Below are positions 9,379 through 21,590 of a stretch of DNA of 64,000 bases, piece by piece (the first letter of the stretch is position 1; each line of letters starts with the position of its first letter). The translations under genes were made by a program, and so were the position numbers. The notes under the pieces were generated by a model. That model searched no databases, was not told the DNA's origin, and worked only from the letters and a program-made list of their open reading frames with translations. The stretch is from an uncultured delta proteobacterium (GTDB taxonomy: Bacteria > Desulfobacterota > Binatia > Binatales > Binataceae), in NCBI GenBank assembly GCA_963794325.1, contig CAWCDG010000004.1:768001-832000 (forward strand), read 5' to 3'.

Positions 9379-10817
9379 GCGCGTCGAACATCGTGAACCT
9401 CGACGCGGTTGCGCTCGCGCACGCGATCAAAAAGAAACAGGTTTCGTGCGTCGAGGTGATGAACGCTTATCTCGATCAGATCGAGCGCTTGAATCCTCAG
9501 GTCAACGCGATCGTCTCGATTCAACCGCGCGAACGTTTGATCGAGCAGGCGAAGGATCGCGATTCGCAACTCGCGCGCGACGAGTATCTCGGCTGGATGC
9601 ACGGCTTTCCGCACGCGGTGAAAGACCTCGAGCCGACGAAGGGAATCCGTACGACCAAGGGATCGCCGCTCTTCAAAAATTTCTTCGCGCGCGACGACTC
9701 GATCCTGGTCGAGCGAATCCGCAGCGCAGGTGGGATCATCATCGGCAAGACCAACGTGCCGGAGTTCGGGCTCGGCTCTCAAACTTACAATCCGGTCTTC
9801 GGCACGACGCTCAACGCGTACGATCAATCGAAGACCTGCGGCGGCAGCAGTGGTGGCGCCGCGGTCGCGGTCGCGCTTCGAATGGTTCCGGTCGCCGACG
9901 GCAGTGACAACGGCGGCTCGCTGCGCAATCCCGCGGCCTGGAACAATGTCTTCGGATTCCGCACCTCAGTCGGCCGGGTGCCGTCGCAGTTCTACGAAGT
10001 TTTTATACCGTCGATTTCGGTGCACGGCCCGATGGCGCGGACGGTGCCGGATCTTGCGATGTTGCTATCCGTGATTGCCGGATACGACCCGCGCACGCCG
10101 CTTTCGATTCGCCAGGATCCGGCCGAGTTCGCAGGGCCGCTCGAACGCGACTTCAAGGGCGCGCGCATCGGATGGATCGGAGACTTCGGCGGCCAAATCC
10201 CCTTCGATCCTGGCGTGCTCGAACTCTGCGAGAGGTCGCTCAGGGTTTTCGAAACTCTCGGATGTAGCGTGGAAACCGCGACGCTCGACTACCCAATCGA
10301 GCCCGTGTGGCAGAGTTGGCTGACGCTGCGCGGCTGGCAAATCGCCGCTGAGTTCCGTGCGATTTATCCCGACCCTGCTCAACGCGCTCTGATGAAACCC
10401 GAGCTGCAGTGGGAAATCGAAAACGGCCTGAAGACGACGGCGATGGAAGTCGCGAACGCGTCGCGGGTGCGCACGGCGCGGTACCAAGCGGTGCTCAGAT
10501 TCTTCGAGAAGTACGATTTCATGATCGCGCCCGCCGGCCAGGTCTTCCCGTTCGACGCGACCATCCATTGGCCCAAAGAAGTCGGCGGCGTCGCGATGGA
10601 TACCTACCATCGCTGGATGCAAGTGATGATTCCGATCTCGATGTCAGGTTGCCCAGCGCTCAGCGTTCCCGCCGGCTTCAACGAAAGCGGCTTGCCGATG
10701 GGAATCCAAATCGTAGGCCCAAATCACTCCGAGATGGCATGCATGCAACTCGCGCACGCGTACGACCAAGCGACCAACTGGGCAACAAAGCGACCGCCGC
10801 CGCTATTGGCGAGGTGA
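9375..10817 (+). CDS. amidase signature family enzyme
   Basis: AVKDL, GKTNVPEFG, GGSSGG, GSDNGGSLRNPA; GTGA overlap with the upstream stop. Confidence 0.93.
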   Translation: MSASNIVNLDAVALAHAIKKKQVSCVEVMNAYLDQIERLNPQVNAIVSIQPRERLIEQAKDRDSQLARDEYLGWMHGFPHAVKDLEPTKGIRTTKGSPLFKNFFARDDSILVERIRSAGGIIIGKTNVPEFGLGSQTYNPVFGTTLNAYDQSKTCGGSSGGAAVAVALRMVPVADGSDNGGSLRNPAAWNNVFGFRTSVGRVPSQFYEVFIPSISVHGPMARTVPDLAMLLSVIAGYDPRTPLSIRQDPAEFAGPLERDFKGARIGWIGDFGGQIPFDPGVLELCERSLRVFETLGCSVETATLDYPIEPVWQSWLTLRGWQIAAEFRAIYPDPAQRALMKPELQWEIENGLKTTAMEVANASRVRTARYQAVLRFFEKYDFMIAPAGQVFPFDATIHWPKEVGGVAMDTYHRWMQVMIPISMSGCPALSVPAGFNESGLPMGIQIVGPNHSEMACMQLAHAYDQATNWATKRPPPLLAR

Positions 10818-10839
10818 ATCTTTCTTTGCGGATTTTCGC

Positions 10840-11280
10840 ATGAAGAACGCCGGGCTAACTTCTTCCAAGAGCGCGCTCGTGACCTTCCTTTTGGGATTAC
10901 TGTCATGTGGCTGGACGATGATCGTCGGTCCAGTCGCGCTCACTAGAGGGTACGTGTCGTTTCCGAGTTTCTTCGCCGTCGCATTTACGCCTTTCATGCT
11001 GTCGACTTATGCAGTCGTCGTTCTGTCAGGATCGAGGTCCTGGTACGGATCGATGATTGGAGACAAGCAACAGTCGCTCGACCGTTTCCGCCGATACATG
11101 CTCATTTGGGTTCTGGGAGCTGCACTGGTAGGACTTGCCTTTTCCGTTTTTCATCTGCTTACTTCCGACGAGTCGTCCCAAACGATCCACATGTACGCGA
11201 GTGCAGGATTTCTGCTCATGGTTTTAGTTTCGCTCTGGGCTCCAAAGTTCGGAGTACTGCGGCAAAGGGTAGGTGAATAG
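10840..11280 (+). CDS. hypothetical membrane protein (about 4 TM)
   Basis: ATG ORF with four hydrophobic segments, filling the gap before the mdtC stop. Confidence 0.55.
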   Translation: MKNAGLTSSKSALVTFLLGLLSCGWTMIVGPVALTRGYVSFPSFFAVAFTPFMLSTYAVVVLSGSRSWYGSMIGDKQQSLDRFRRYMLIWVLGAALVGLAFSVFHLLTSDESSQTIHMYASAGFLLMVLVSLWAPKFGVLRQRVGE

Positions 11281-14200
11281 TCAGTCGGCGGCGTGCGATT
11301 CGGACGGCGCAGGTGTTGGGCGCCCCAGCGCTCGGCGCCACAACCCCGACCATCCCGTGCTCAGCCGGTCCATGTACAGATAGATTACCGGCGTTGTGTA
11401 GAGCGTCAGCACCTGGCTTACCAGCAGGCCGCCGACGATCGCGATGCCGAGTGGGCGGCGCATTTCGGATCCGGTGCCGTTGCCGAGCGCGAGTGGCAGG
11501 CCGCCGAGCAGCGCCGCCGCCGTGGTCATCATGATCGGACGGAAGCGCAGCACGCATGCCTGGTAGATCGCATCGTGCGGCGATTTCCCGTCGCCGCGTT
11601 GAGCCTCGAGCGCGAAGTCGATCATCATGATGGCGTTTTTCTTCACGATGCCTATCAGCAGGATGATGCCGATAAGCGCGATCACGCTCAGCTCGATATG
11701 GAAAAGGAGCAGCGCGACAATTGCGCCGACCCCGGCCGACGGCAGGGTCGAGAGAATCGTGATCGGATGGATGTAACTCTCGTAGAGAATGCCGAGCACG
11801 ATATACACCGCGAACAGCGCGAAGGCTATCAGGAAGCCCTCGTTCTTGAGCGAGTCCTGGAACGCTTGCGCAGTGCCCTGGAATGTCCCGCGGATGCCGG
11901 CGGGCATTTTGATCTGCGCCTCGGCCTGTGTGATTGCATCCACCGCTTCGCCAAGCGCGACGCCCGGCGCGAGGTTGAACGAGATCGTCACCGACGGAAA
12001 CTGACCCTGGTGGTTGACTGCCAGCGCGGTCTGATCGTTCGCGAAGTGCGTGAAGGTGCCGAGCCTTACCAGCCCGCCAGTGCTCGAGCGGACGTAGATC
12101 AGGTCGAGCGAGGCGGGGTTCTGCCAGAACTGCGGCGCGACTTCCATCACGACGTGGTACTGATTCAGCGGCGTATACATCGTGGACACTTGCCGCTGCC
12201 CGAACGCGTCGTAGAGCGTGTCGTCGATCGCCTGCTGCGACAGTCCGAGTCGCGAAGCGGTGTCGCGATCGACGATGACGTTGGCTTCGAGGCCACTGTT
12301 CTGCTGGTCGCTGCTCACGTCGGCGAGAATTTTGACGGTGCGCAATTTCTTGAGCACCTTCGGCGCCCACGTATTGAGTTCCTTGAGGTCGTCGCTCTGA
12401 ATCGTGAACTGGTATTGCGCGTTGCTGCCTCTGCCGCCGATTCGCAAATCCTGAACGGCCTGCAGATACAGGTTGACGCCCGCGATGTGCGCGACTTCCT
12501 TGCGGATGCGCCCGATAACCAAGTCCGCATTGATCTTGCGCTCGCTCAAGGGCTTCAGGCCGATATACATGTTCGCAGTGTTGGTCGCGCCGTTGCCGCC
12601 GGTGAACGCGATGACGTTGTCCACCGCAGGATCTTTGTCGATAACCCCGACCAGTTGGGCAAGGCGATCATGCATCGCCTGGAACGAAGTATCCTGGTCA
12701 GCCTGCACTGCGCCCATCAGGCGGCCAGTGTCCTGCTGCGGGAAAAATCCCTTGGGCACCACCGTGAACAGAAAAATGCTCAACGCGAGCGTGCCGAGCG
12801 CGACCATCAGAGTGAGCGGCTGATGGTCGAGAACCCACAACAGGCTGCTTTCGTAGTGATCGAGCATGCCTTTGAAAAATCGCTCGCTCACGACGTACCA
12901 GCGGTTATGTTTCTCCTCGCCATGCGGTTTAAGCAGGTGCGCGGCCATCATCGGAGTCGTGGTTAGCGAAATCACCAACGAGACGAGTACGGCGGCCGAC
13001 AGAGTGACCGCGAACTCGCGGAACAGCCGGCCGACGATCCCCGACATCAGCAAAATCGGAATGAAGACCGCGATCAGCGAGACGCTGATCGAAACGACGG
13101 TGAAGCCGATTCCCGCCGCGCCTTTTATCGCGGCTTCGAACGGCGCCATTCCCTGTTCGCGGTAGCGCGAAATGTTTTCGATCACGACAATCGCGTCGTC
13201 GACCACGAAGCCGGTGCAAATCGTCAGCGCCATCAGCGACAGATTGTCCAGGCTGTAGCCGAACAGGTACATCACGCCGAACGTTCCAATGAGCGAAAGC
13301 GGAACAACGACTCCAGGAATCAACGTGGCGCGGATGTTACGCAGGAACAGGAACACCACCATGATGACCAGCGCGATCGAAATCAGCAGCGTCAGTTCGA
13401 CGTCGTGCACCGACGCACGGATGGTGGTCGTGCGGTCCATGACCACCGTGAGCTTGATCGCGGGCGAGATCGAGGCGTGCAATTGCGGCATCGCCGCGTA
13501 AACGCGATCGACAGTATCGATGATGTTCGCGCCGGGCTGGCGGAATACGATGATCAACACCGCCTGCTTACCGTCAACCATCCCCGCCGCGCGCACGTTC
13601 TCGACCGAATCCCTGACCCATGCGATGTCCGAAAGCCGCACCGCTGACCCGTTTTGATAGCGAACGATGAGCGGCCGGTAGTCTTCGGCCTTGAGCAGCT
13701 GGTCGGTCGTGCTCAGCCCCCACGTCTGTGTGTCGTCCGCCAGTTCGCCCTTGGGTCGGTTCGCGTTGGCGTTAGCAAGAACGGTGCGCACGTCTTCGAG
13801 ACCGACGCCCAGATTGCTCATCTGCGTCGGGTTCAGCTCGACCCGGACTCCGGGGAGCGCGCTTCCGCCGACGCTGACCTGGCCGACGCCTTCGATTTGC
13901 GAAAGCTTCTGCTCGAGGATCGAATCAGCCGCATCGTACATCATTCCCGGCCGCACGGCGTCCGAGGTCAGCGCCAGAATCAGAATCGGCGCGTCGGCGG
14001 GATTAACCTTTTTATAGGTCGGCTTGCTCGGCAGATTCGAGGGCAGTTGCCCGGCTGCCGCATTTATAGCGGCCTGTACATCGCGCGCAGCGGCGTCGAT
14101 ATTACGATTCAAGTCGAATTGCAAAACGATGCTGGTGGCGCCGAGATAGCTGGTCGAGGTCAGTTCCGTCAGACCCGCGATACGGCCGAACTGGCGCTCG

Positions 14201-14400
14201 AGCGGAGTCGCCACCGACGACGCCATCGTCTCCGGACTTCCCCCCGGTAAATTCGCCTGCACCTGGATCGTCGGGAACTCGACCTGTGGCAACGGCGAAA
14301 CCGGCAGCAGCCGAAACGCGATCGCTCCCGATAGGGCGAGCGCGATCGTCAGTAGCGTGGTCGCAACCGGCTTTCTTATAAATGGCTCGGAAATGCTCAT
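11281..14400 (-). CDS. mdtC: RND efflux permease MdtC/MuxC
   Basis: [54 protein letters not shown]; ATGA overlap with mdtB. Confidence 0.92.
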   Translation of the reverse strand: MSISEPFIRKPVATTLLTIALALSGAIAFRLLPVSPLPQVEFPTIQVQANLPGGSPETMASSVATPLERQFGRIAGLTELTSTSYLGATSIVLQFDLNRNIDAAARDVQAAINAAAGQLPSNLPSKPTYKKVNPADAPILILALTSDAVRPGMMYDAADSILEQKLSQIEGVGQVSVGGSALPGVRVELNPTQMSNLGVGLEDVRTVLANANANRPKGELADDTQTWGLSTTDQLLKAEDYRPLIVRYQNGSAVRLSDIAWVRDSVENVRAAGMVDGKQAVLIIVFRQPGANIIDTVDRVYAAMPQLHASISPAIKLTVVMDRTTTIRASVHDVELTLLISIALVIMVVFLFLRNIRATLIPGVVVPLSLIGTFGVMYLFGYSLDNLSLMALTICTGFVVDDAIVVIENISRYREQGMAPFEAAIKGAAGIGFTVVSISVSLIAVFIPILLMSGIVGRLFREFAVTLSAAVLVSLVISLTTTPMMAAHLLKPHGEEKHNRWYVVSERFFKGMLDHYESSLLWVLDHQPLTLMVALGTLALSIFLFTVVPKGFFPQQDTGRLMGAVQADQDTSFQAMHDRLAQLVGVIDKDPAVDNVIAFTGGNGATNTANMYIGLKPLSERKINADLVIGRIRKEVAHIAGVNLYLQAVQDLRIGGRGSNAQYQFTIQSDDLKELNTWAPKVLKKLRTVKILADVSSDQQNSGLEANVIVDRDTASRLGLSQQAIDDTLYDAFGQRQVSTMYTPLNQYHVVMEVAPQFWQNPASLDLIYVRSSTGGLVRLGTFTHFANDQTALAVNHQGQFPSVTISFNLAPGVALGEAVDAITQAEAQIKMPAGIRGTFQGTAQAFQDSLKNEGFLIAFALFAVYIVLGILYESYIHPITILSTLPSAGVGAIVALLLFHIELSVIALIGIILLIGIVKKNAIMMIDFALEAQRGDGKSPHDAIYQACVLRFRPIMMTTAAALLGGLPLALGNGTGSEMRRPLGIAIVGGLLVSQVLTLYTTPVIYLYMDRLSTGWSGLWRRALGRPTPAPSESHAAD

Positions 14401-17400
14401 GACGCTTGAGCTGGAACGGTTCTCGCCACATCCTTCGCCCGCCAATTGGCAAATCGCGTCGCCATGCGGTCAAAGGTCAGGAAAATAACCGGCGTTGTGT
14501 AGAGCGTCAGCACCTGGCTGACCAGCAGGCCGCCAACGATCGCGATACCGAGCGGTCGGCGCAACTCGGAGCCGACCCCGGTGCCCAGCGCGAGCGGCAG
14601 GGCGCCGAGCAGCGCCGCCATCGTCGTCATCATGATCGGCCGGAAGCGCAGCAGGCAGGCCTGGTAGATCGCTTCGCGCGGCGGCTTGCCCTCCTCGCGC
14701 TGAGCTTCGAGCGCGAAGTCGATCATCATGATCGCGTTCTTCTTCACGATACCTATCAGCAGGATGATGCCGATGAGGGCGATCACGCTTAGATCCTGAC
14801 CGCAGATCATCAACGCCAGAATCGCGCCTACGCCCGCCGACGGCAACGTCGAAAGAATCGTGACCGGATGGATGTAACTCTCGTAGAGCACGCCCAGCAC
14901 GATGTACACGGTGATGAGCGCGGCGAGTATCAGTATCGGCTCGTTGCTCAGCGACGCGCGGAAGGCTGCCGCCGTCCCCTGGAACGAAGCCTCGATGCTC
15001 GCCGGCATTCCGATTTGCTGGCGCGCATTGTCGATCGCGGTGACCGCGTCACCCAGCGAATATCCCGGCGCCAGATCGAACGAGATCGTCACCGCCGGGA
15101 ACTGACCTTCATGATTGACGGCCAGCGGCGCCGCACCCGGCTCGAAATGGGTGAAGGCGCTGAGCGGCACCTCGCCGCCGGTGTTCGATCGAATATAAAT
15201 GTCGTCGAGCGCGTGCGGATTGCGCTGAAACCGCGGCGCAACTTCGAGCACCACGTGATACTGGTTCAGTTGCGTGAACATCGTCGACACCTGCCGCTGC
15301 CCGAACGCGTCGTACAGCGTGTTGTCGATCAGGTTCGGCGTGATACCCAGCCGCGACGCCGTCAGTCGATCGATTACGACGTGCTCTTCCCATCCGTCGT
15401 TTTGCTGATCGGTCGCAACGTTGCGCAGCGCGGGAATCGTCTTAAGCCTGGTGACCAGCTTGTTGGTCCAGAGGTTCAGCTCGTCGCTACTCGGATCTTC
15501 CAGGCTGTACTGATACTGCGTGCGGCTCACGCGATCTTCGACCGTGAGATCCTGCACCGGCTGCAAGTACAGCGTCATCCCGTTAACCGTCGCCAGCTTC
15601 GGCGCGAGGCGGTTGATCACCGTGGTGATATCGACCTTGCGCACGTCAAGCGGCTTCAAGTTGATCAGTATGCGTCCGCTGTTGACGGTAGTGTTGGTGC
15701 CGTCGATTCCGACGAACGACGACAAGCTCTCGACCGCCGGGTCCTGCAAGATAATTCGCGCCAAGGCCTGCTGGCCGCGCGCCATCGCGGCGAACGAAAC
15801 ATTCTGCGGCGCTTCGGAAACGCCTTGAATCACTCCGGTATCCTGCACCGGAAAAAATCCCTTGGGCACCACGATGTAGAGCACGATGGTCAGCACCAGC
15901 GTCCCGATCGCGACCATCAGCGTTTCCCATTCGTGCTCGAGCACCCATTCGAGCGTGCGGCCGTAAAACGCGATCGTGTCGTTGAAGACTTTTTCCGACC
16001 TGCGATAGAACCAGGTCTGCTCAGCTTCAGGTGTATGCCGCAGCAGTTTCGCGCTCATCATCGGCGTCAGCGTCAGCGAGACCACCGCGGACATCAGGAT
16101 CGTCACTGCCAGGGTGACCGCGAATTCGCGGAACAGCCGGCCCACGATGTCGCCCATGAACAACAGCGGAATCAGCACCGCGATCAGCGAGACGGTCAGC
16201 GACAGGATCGTGAAACCGATCTGCTCGGAGCCCTTGAGCGCGGCCTGAAGCGGCGGGTCGCCTTCCTCGATGAAGCGCGAGATGTTTTCGATCATCACGA
16301 TCGCGTCGTCAACCACGAAGCCGGTCGAGATCGTCAGCGCCATCAACGACAGGTTGTCCAGGCTGTAGCCAAGCAGGTACATCACGCCGAACGTGCCGAT
16401 CAGCGACAGCGGCACCGCGATGCTCGGGATGATCGTCGCCGACAGGCTGCGCAGAAACAGGAAGATGACCATCACGACCAGCGCCACCGTGAGCATCAGC
16501 TCGAACTGCACGTCCTGTACCGACGCGCGAATCGTGGTGGTGCGATCGGTGAGAATCTGCACCTTAACCGACGCCGGCAGCGAGGCCTGCAAGCGCGGCA
16601 TCAGTGCCTTGATGCGGTCCACGACGGCGATGATATTTGCGCCCGGCTGCCGCTGGACGTTGACGATCACCGCTGGGGTCAGGTCCATCCACGCCGCCGC
16701 CTTGACGTTCTCGGCGTCATCGACCGCATCGGCAACATCGGAAAGCTTGATCGGCGCACCGTTATGGTAAGCGACGACTAGCGGCAGGTAATCCTTGGCG
16801 GTGAGCAGTTGGTCGTTGGCGCCAATTGTGTACGCCTGCTGCTTGCCGTCGAAGTTGCCCTTTGCTTCGTTGACGTTGGCGCTGGCGATAGCGGTGCGCA
16901 GGTCTTCGAGCGTCATCCCGTACGACGCGAGCGAAGTGGGATTGGCCTGGATGCGCACCGAAGGCTTCTGCCCGCCGCCAATACTCACCAGCCCGACGCC
17001 GGGCAGTTGCGATATCTTCTGGGCCAGCCGCGTGTCCGCGAGATCTTCCACCTGGTCCAGCGGTAGTTCCTTCGAGGTCAGCGCGAGCGTGAGTATCGGC
17101 GCATCGGCCGGATTGGTCTTGCTGTAAACTGGTGGATTCGGGAGATCGGTCGGCAGGTAGGTGGCCGCCGCATTAATCGCCGCCTGCACCTCCTGCTCTG
17201 CAATATCGATGTTCAAGTTGAGATCGAATTGCAGCGTGATGACCGAAGCGCCGAACGAACTGTTCGACGTCATTTGCGTGAGTCCGGGAACCTGTCCGAA
17301 TTGCCGCTCGAGCGGCGCCGTCACCGACGATGCCATCACGTCCGGACTTCCGCCGGGGTAAAACGTCATCACCTGGATCGTCGGATAGTCCACCTGCGGC

Positions 17401-17510
17401 AACGCCGACACCGGGAGTTGTTCGTACGCGACGAGGCCCGCGAGCATCAGCCCGACCATCAACAAGGACGTCGCGACCGGCCGCAGTATGAACGGGCGCG
17501 AAAGATTCAA
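14397..17510 (-). CDS. mdtB: RND efflux permease MdtB/MuxB
   Basis: [38 protein letters not shown]. Confidence 0.93.
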   Translation of the reverse strand: MNLSRPFILRPVATSLLMVGLMLAGLVAYEQLPVSALPQVDYPTIQVMTFYPGGSPDVMASSVTAPLERQFGQVPGLTQMTSNSSFGASVITLQFDLNLNIDIAEQEVQAAINAAATYLPTDLPNPPVYSKTNPADAPILTLALTSKELPLDQVEDLADTRLAQKISQLPGVGLVSIGGGQKPSVRIQANPTSLASYGMTLEDLRTAIASANVNEAKGNFDGKQQAYTIGANDQLLTAKDYLPLVVAYHNGAPIKLSDVADAVDDAENVKAAAWMDLTPAVIVNVQRQPGANIIAVVDRIKALMPRLQASLPASVKVQILTDRTTTIRASVQDVQFELMLTVALVVMVIFLFLRSLSATIIPSIAVPLSLIGTFGVMYLLGYSLDNLSLMALTISTGFVVDDAIVMIENISRFIEEGDPPLQAALKGSEQIGFTILSLTVSLIAVLIPLLFMGDIVGRLFREFAVTLAVTILMSAVVSLTLTPMMSAKLLRHTPEAEQTWFYRRSEKVFNDTIAFYGRTLEWVLEHEWETLMVAIGTLVLTIVLYIVVPKGFFPVQDTGVIQGVSEAPQNVSFAAMARGQQALARIILQDPAVESLSSFVGIDGTNTTVNSGRILINLKPLDVRKVDITTVINRLAPKLATVNGMTLYLQPVQDLTVEDRVSRTQYQYSLEDPSSDELNLWTNKLVTRLKTIPALRNVATDQQNDGWEEHVVIDRLTASRLGITPNLIDNTLYDAFGQRQVSTMFTQLNQYHVVLEVAPRFQRNPHALDDIYIRSNTGGEVPLSAFTHFEPGAAPLAVNHEGQFPAVTISFDLAPGYSLGDAVTAIDNARQQIGMPASIEASFQGTAAAFRASLSNEPILILAALITVYIVLGVLYESYIHPVTILSTLPSAGVGAILALMICGQDLSVIALIGIILLIGIVKKNAIMMIDFALEAQREEGKPPREAIYQACLLRFRPIMMTTMAALLGALPLALGTGVGSELRRPLGIAIVGGLLVSQVLTLYTTPVIFLTFDRMATRFANWRAKDVARTVPAQAS

Positions 17511-18763
17511 GGGGTCGCGCTCCCCGGCGGGATTGCCGCAGTCTGCACGCTCACATGCGATCCCTGCTGCAGCTTGTCCACCCCGTCGGTCACCACCAGG
17601 TCGTTCGCTGCAAGACCCTTGCTGATCGCAACCACGTCGCCCTGGCTTGCGCCGACCGTCACCGGGCGCATCTCGACGGTATGATCCGGCTTGACCACAT
17701 AGACGAACGCGCCTTGCTGGCTGCGCTGGAGGCCGGCCGCGGGAATCAGAATCGCGTTGGGAATCGTGTTCACCAGCAGCCGCGCGTTGACGAACTGATT
17801 GGGGAACAGCGCGTTGTCGTCGTTGGGGAAAGCCGCCTTGAGTTTGATCGTGCCGGTGGACTGATCGATCTGGTTGTCGGTCGTGAGCAGCGTTCCGGTG
17901 GCCAGCTTATGCTTCAGATCGCGATCGAAAGCCTCAACCGGCAATTGCGGATTCGCTTTCATCGCGGTCTCGAGGTTTGGCAGGTCGTCCTCGGGAATCG
18001 CGAAGTCAACCGCGATCGGCTGCAGCTGCGTGATCACCGCCAGTCCGGTCGCATCCGTCGCGTGAATGATATTCCCCGGATCCACCAGCCGCAGCCCAAC
18101 TCGCCCGGTAATCGGCGCAGTGATTCGGCTGTAAATCAGCTGAAGTTTGGCGTTATCGACCACGCCCTTATCGCTTTCGATCGAGCCAGCGAACTGCCCG
18201 ACCAAAGCCTGCTGATTATCCAGGTCCTGCCGTGCAATAATCTTCTGCTGGTAGAGTTCCTTGTCGCGCGCCAGAAGAATTTTGTTGTTTTCGAGCGTCG
18301 CCAGATCCTTTGCGAGCGTTCCTTCGGCCTGCGTCAACTGCACCTGGTAGGGACGCGGATCGATCTCCGCCAGCAGGTCGCCGGCCTTGACGATTTGTCC
18401 TTCCGTGAAATTGACCTTCATGAGCTGTCCGTCGACACGGCTCTTGACGGTGACAGTATTGTAAGGCGTCACTGTCCCAATCGCCGATATGTATTGCTTC
18501 AAATCGCCGAGCTTCGCCGGCACCGCCGCCACTGGAACGATCGGATGAGTCATGGCCGGCGCCGCCGTATCAGTGCTATTCCGTCCGGTCAGATAATAGA
18601 TTCCAATCACCGCGACGATCAGCACTACTGCCCACAACCGCCACCGCTGAGCAGCTTTGTCGATCCAGCTGGACACTTCGGCGTCCTGCATATATCTCGA
18701 GGCGCCCGGCTTTCCGGTCGTGGGGCCGTCAGAATCCATCATCTTCTCTCGCCTCGTCTCCAA
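17507..18763 (-). CDS. mdtA: RND membrane fusion protein MdtA/MuxA (start may be about 18742)
   Basis: [45 protein letters not shown]. Confidence 0.92.
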   Translation of the reverse strand: METRREKMMDSDGPTTGKPGASRYMQDAEVSSWIDKAAQRWRLWAVVLIVAVIGIYYLTGRNSTDTAAPAMTHPIVPVAAVPAKLGDLKQYISAIGTVTPYNTVTVKSRVDGQLMKVNFTEGQIVKAGDLLAEIDPRPYQVQLTQAEGTLAKDLATLENNKILLARDKELYQQKIIARQDLDNQQALVGQFAGSIESDKGVVDNAKLQLIYSRITAPITGRVGLRLVDPGNIIHATDATGLAVITQLQPIAVDFAIPEDDLPNLETAMKANPQLPVEAFDRDLKHKLATGTLLTTDNQIDQSTGTIKLKAAFPNDDNALFPNQFVNARLLVNTIPNAILIPAAGLQRSQQGAFVYVVKPDHTVEMRPVTVGASQGDVVAISKGLAANDLVVTDGVDKLQQGSHVSVQTAAIPPGSATP

Positions 18764-18801
18764 ACTGGCAAATACCGATCCTGCATCTATTCTTGCAATT
18801 T

Positions 18802-18817
18802 TGGACTGGCCAGTCCA
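18802..18817. promoter_or_regulatory. probable TetR operator
   Basis: Perfect 16-bp palindrome TGGACTGGCCAGTCCA between divergent mdtA and tetR. Confidence 0.7.
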
Positions 18818-18887
18818 TATTTCAAACAGGAGACGCTTGAGCGGGCCACCACGGATCTACGAATCCAATGATTGCAGGTTACCGATC

Positions 18888-19517
18888 GTGAGCGTCAAAC
18901 GATTATCAGCTTCGCCGCTAATTCGCCGCAAGGAGGGCCGCGGCCGGCCCTCGACCCCGTTCCTGCGAGAACGAATTTTGCTGAGTGCCGCGGAACTCTT
19001 CGCCGAGCGCGAATTCGAGCTGGTCCTGATCGACGAAGTCGCCGCCCACGCCGGCGTCGGCAAAGGCAGCGTTTACCGCCAATTCAAATCAAAGGAAGAA
19101 CTGTACGCGGCCGCGGTAATCAACGGTTTCACCGAACTGCAGCGCGAGATTCGCATGGCGCTCGGGGGATGCACCTCGATGCGCGATCAGATCGCGACAA
19201 TAGTTCGGCACTCGATCAAATTTTTCTGGACCCGGCGACAGTTCTTTGCCCTGCTGCGCGACCCGAAAGCGTTGCCACCGTCGCAGGAGCGTCAGTATCG
19301 CGCTCAGCGCAATGACTTGTCACGCCTGGTGAGCGGAGTACTCGACGAAGGCATTAAGCGCGGTGCGATACGGTCCGGCATCGACACTCGCATCGCAGCC
19401 GAAGCGCTGCTCGGCATGATGCGCGGAATGAACCGCTACGGCCGCGAGTACACGACGCCGGATCGGGCAATCGATATCGTCACGTCAATCTTCCTCGACG
19501 GATACTCCGCGCGATAA
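18888..19517 (+). CDS. TetR/AcrR family regulator
   Basis: ILLSAAELFAE...IDEVAAHAGVGKGSVYRQFKSKEEL; start inferred at GTG. Confidence 0.9.
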   Translation: MSVKRLSASPLIRRKEGRGRPSTPFLRERILLSAAELFAEREFELVLIDEVAAHAGVGKGSVYRQFKSKEELYAAAVINGFTELQREIRMALGGCTSMRDQIATIVRHSIKFFWTRRQFFALLRDPKALPPSQERQYRAQRNDLSRLVSGVLDEGIKRGAIRSGIDTRIAAEALLGMMRGMNRYGREYTTPDRAIDIVTSIFLDGYSAR

Positions 19518-19523
19518 CATTCG

Positions 19524-20021
19524 ATGCCGGAGGCTTCCATGCAGGATCTGATTCCCCTGGCGGAAAAAATCGCGGCGAAGCTCAAAGACCGGCGCGAGAC
19601 CATCGCAGTCGCCGAATCGAGCACCGGCGGCCTCATCTCGGCGGCGCTGCTCAGCATCCCCGGCGCCTCGGCGTACTTCATCGGCGGCGCCGTCGTTTAC
19701 ACACTCAAAGCGCGGCGCGCGATGCTCGACGTCCCCGATTCCGCGTTCGCCGGAATCAAATCAGTCACCGAAGAAGGCGCGATGATCCTCGCGCGCGCCG
19801 CCCGCACCCGATTCGCAGTCACCTGGAGCATCGCGGAGATCGGCGCCAGCGGCCCCACCGGCAACCGCTACGGCGACGCAGCCGGCCACAGTTGCATCGC
19901 AATCGCCGGCCCCGTCGAGCGCTCTGTTACGGTGGAGACGGGCAGCAACGATCGCGTCGCCAACATGCGCACGTTCGCCGCCGCCGGGCTGAATTTGTTA
20001 ATCCAAAGTATGTCGTTCTGA
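19524..20021 (+). CDS. CinA/PncC-like (NMN deamidase fold) protein
   Basis: IAVAESSTGGLI, PGASAYF.GG.VVY. Confidence 0.88.
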   Translation: MPEASMQDLIPLAEKIAAKLKDRRETIAVAESSTGGLISAALLSIPGASAYFIGGAVVYTLKARRAMLDVPDSAFAGIKSVTEEGAMILARAARTRFAVTWSIAEIGASGPTGNRYGDAAGHSCIAIAGPVERSVTVETGSNDRVANMRTFAAAGLNLLIQSMSF

Positions 20022-20262
20022 TCCTAACCTCTCCTTGTCCTAGGAGAGGTCGGCGCGAGCCGAAGGTGAGCGACGGGAGTGGTACAACGCTGGCAGTTCA
20101 GTTGCACGTAGTTGTGCTGCTGTCGGGCCGCGGAGTTAGCCTCTTTGCATTGCGATTAAATGAGTTGGCGTTGGTGCTGTGTCAGGCGTCGCACCTCACC
20201 CGGCGACACCGCTTTTTAAGCGGCTTACGCCGACCTCTCCTGGGACAAGGAGAGGTTAGGAT
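20021..20262. mobile_element. MITE/REPIN with about 40-bp terminal inverted repeats (family B related)
   Basis: ATCCTAACCTCTCCTTGTCCTAGGAGAGGTCGGCGCGAGCCG matches the reverse complement of CGGCTTACGCCGACCTCTCCTGGGACAAGGAGAGGTTAGGAT with 3 mismatches. Confidence 0.75.
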
Positions 20263-20265
20263 TTT

Positions 20266-21507
20266 TCACGGCGTCACTTCCGACAGCCGATCTACTTCGC
20301 GCAAACTCGGAAACAGCCGATACCACACCGCGACGATCACCAGCGTGCCGACCCCGCCGATGACTACCGCCGGCACTGTGCCGAACCATGTTGCCGTCAC
20401 GCCGGATTCGAACTCGCCCAGTTCATTCGATGCGCCCACGAAAAGCCTGTTCACCGCGCTCACGCGTCCGCGCATCGCGTCAGGCGTCGCCAGTTGCGTC
20501 AATGTGGTTCGCACGTAAACGCTCACCATGTCCGATGCGCCGAGAATAAAAAGCGCCACCATCGAAAGCGTGAAGTTCCGCGACAAGCCGAAAACGATCG
20601 TTGCGATTCCGAAAATCGCGACGCACCAGAACATCGCGAGTCCCGCGCGCCGCGACAGCGCACGTTGTGCCATCGCTATTCCCAACATCGCCGCCCCGAG
20701 CGCCGGCGCGCTGCGCAGCAATCCCAATCCCAGCGGCCCGACATGCAGGATGTCGCGCGCATAGACCGGCAACAACGCAGTCGCGCCGCCGAGCAGCACC
20801 GCGAACAGATCCAATGAGAAGGCGCCGAGGATTAGCGGCTTGCGCCACACGTACGCAATCCCCGCCGTGATCCGCTCGAACACCGTCGTATCGGCCTCCA
20901 CTTCGTAGCGCGCGCGGCGCCCGCCGATGCCCATCATCACGATCGCGATCGTCACGAACAGGATCAGGCACACGCCGTAGTCGACCGCCGGACCCAGGAT
21001 GTAGATCGCTCCGCCAATCGCCGGCCCCGCGATCACTGCCACCTGCGATGTCGAAGAAGCCCACGCTACTGCCTGCGGAAATTGATCCTGCGGCACCAGC
21101 AGCGGAACGAAAGACTGCGATGCCGGCCCCGCAAATGCCCGCGCCGCACCGAACAGCGCGAGCACAATGTAGAACGGCCAGACCACGGCGGTCCGCGTCA
21201 ACGCCAACCACAGAAACCCGCCGGACGCGACCGCGGTGGATAAATTGCTGACCACCAGGATCGACTTGCGATCGAAACGATCCGCAAGATGCCCCGCGGG
21301 TATCGTGCAGGCCATCATCGGCAGAAACTGGAAGAGCCCCGCGTAGCCCAGTGCCAGCGGTGTCCGCGCTATCGCGTAAATTTGCCAGCTAACCGCGACT
21401 GACTGGATCTGGGTAGCGAGAATCGCGAGGAACGCCGCGCCCAGGAAGCGGCGAAAGTCGCGATGCGCCAGTGCGCTTGAATTTACTTTCGCGGGCGAGG
21501 CATCCAT
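20266..21507 (-). CDS. MFS transporter (H+ antiporter/EntS-like)
   Basis: GHLADRFDRK, SLDLFAVLLGGATALLP, RGRVSAVN, GASNELGEFESG. Confidence 0.9.
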   Translation of the reverse strand: MDASPAKVNSSALAHRDFRRFLGAAFLAILATQIQSVAVSWQIYAIARTPLALGYAGLFQFLPMMACTIPAGHLADRFDRKSILVVSNLSTAVASGGFLWLALTRTAVVWPFYIVLALFGAARAFAGPASQSFVPLLVPQDQFPQAVAWASSTSQVAVIAGPAIGGAIYILGPAVDYGVCLILFVTIAIVMMGIGGRRARYEVEADTTVFERITAGIAYVWRKPLILGAFSLDLFAVLLGGATALLPVYARDILHVGPLGLGLLRSAPALGAAMLGIAMAQRALSRRAGLAMFWCVAIFGIATIVFGLSRNFTLSMVALFILGASDMVSVYVRTTLTQLATPDAMRGRVSAVNRLFVGASNELGEFESGVTATWFGTVPAVVIGGVGTLVIVAVWYRLFPSLREVDRLSEVTP

Positions 21508-21590
21508 CGGTTGCCTCCCCGTTTGTATTGGAACCGCGGCGCCGAAGCGACATTTTGCCAATCGGCACTCATCTCGATTAGGCTCGCATC

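Noticed and set aside
11293-18871. Long plus-strand ORFs (557, 637 and 438 aa)
   Set aside because: Antisense shadows of mdtCBA, typical of high-GC DNA
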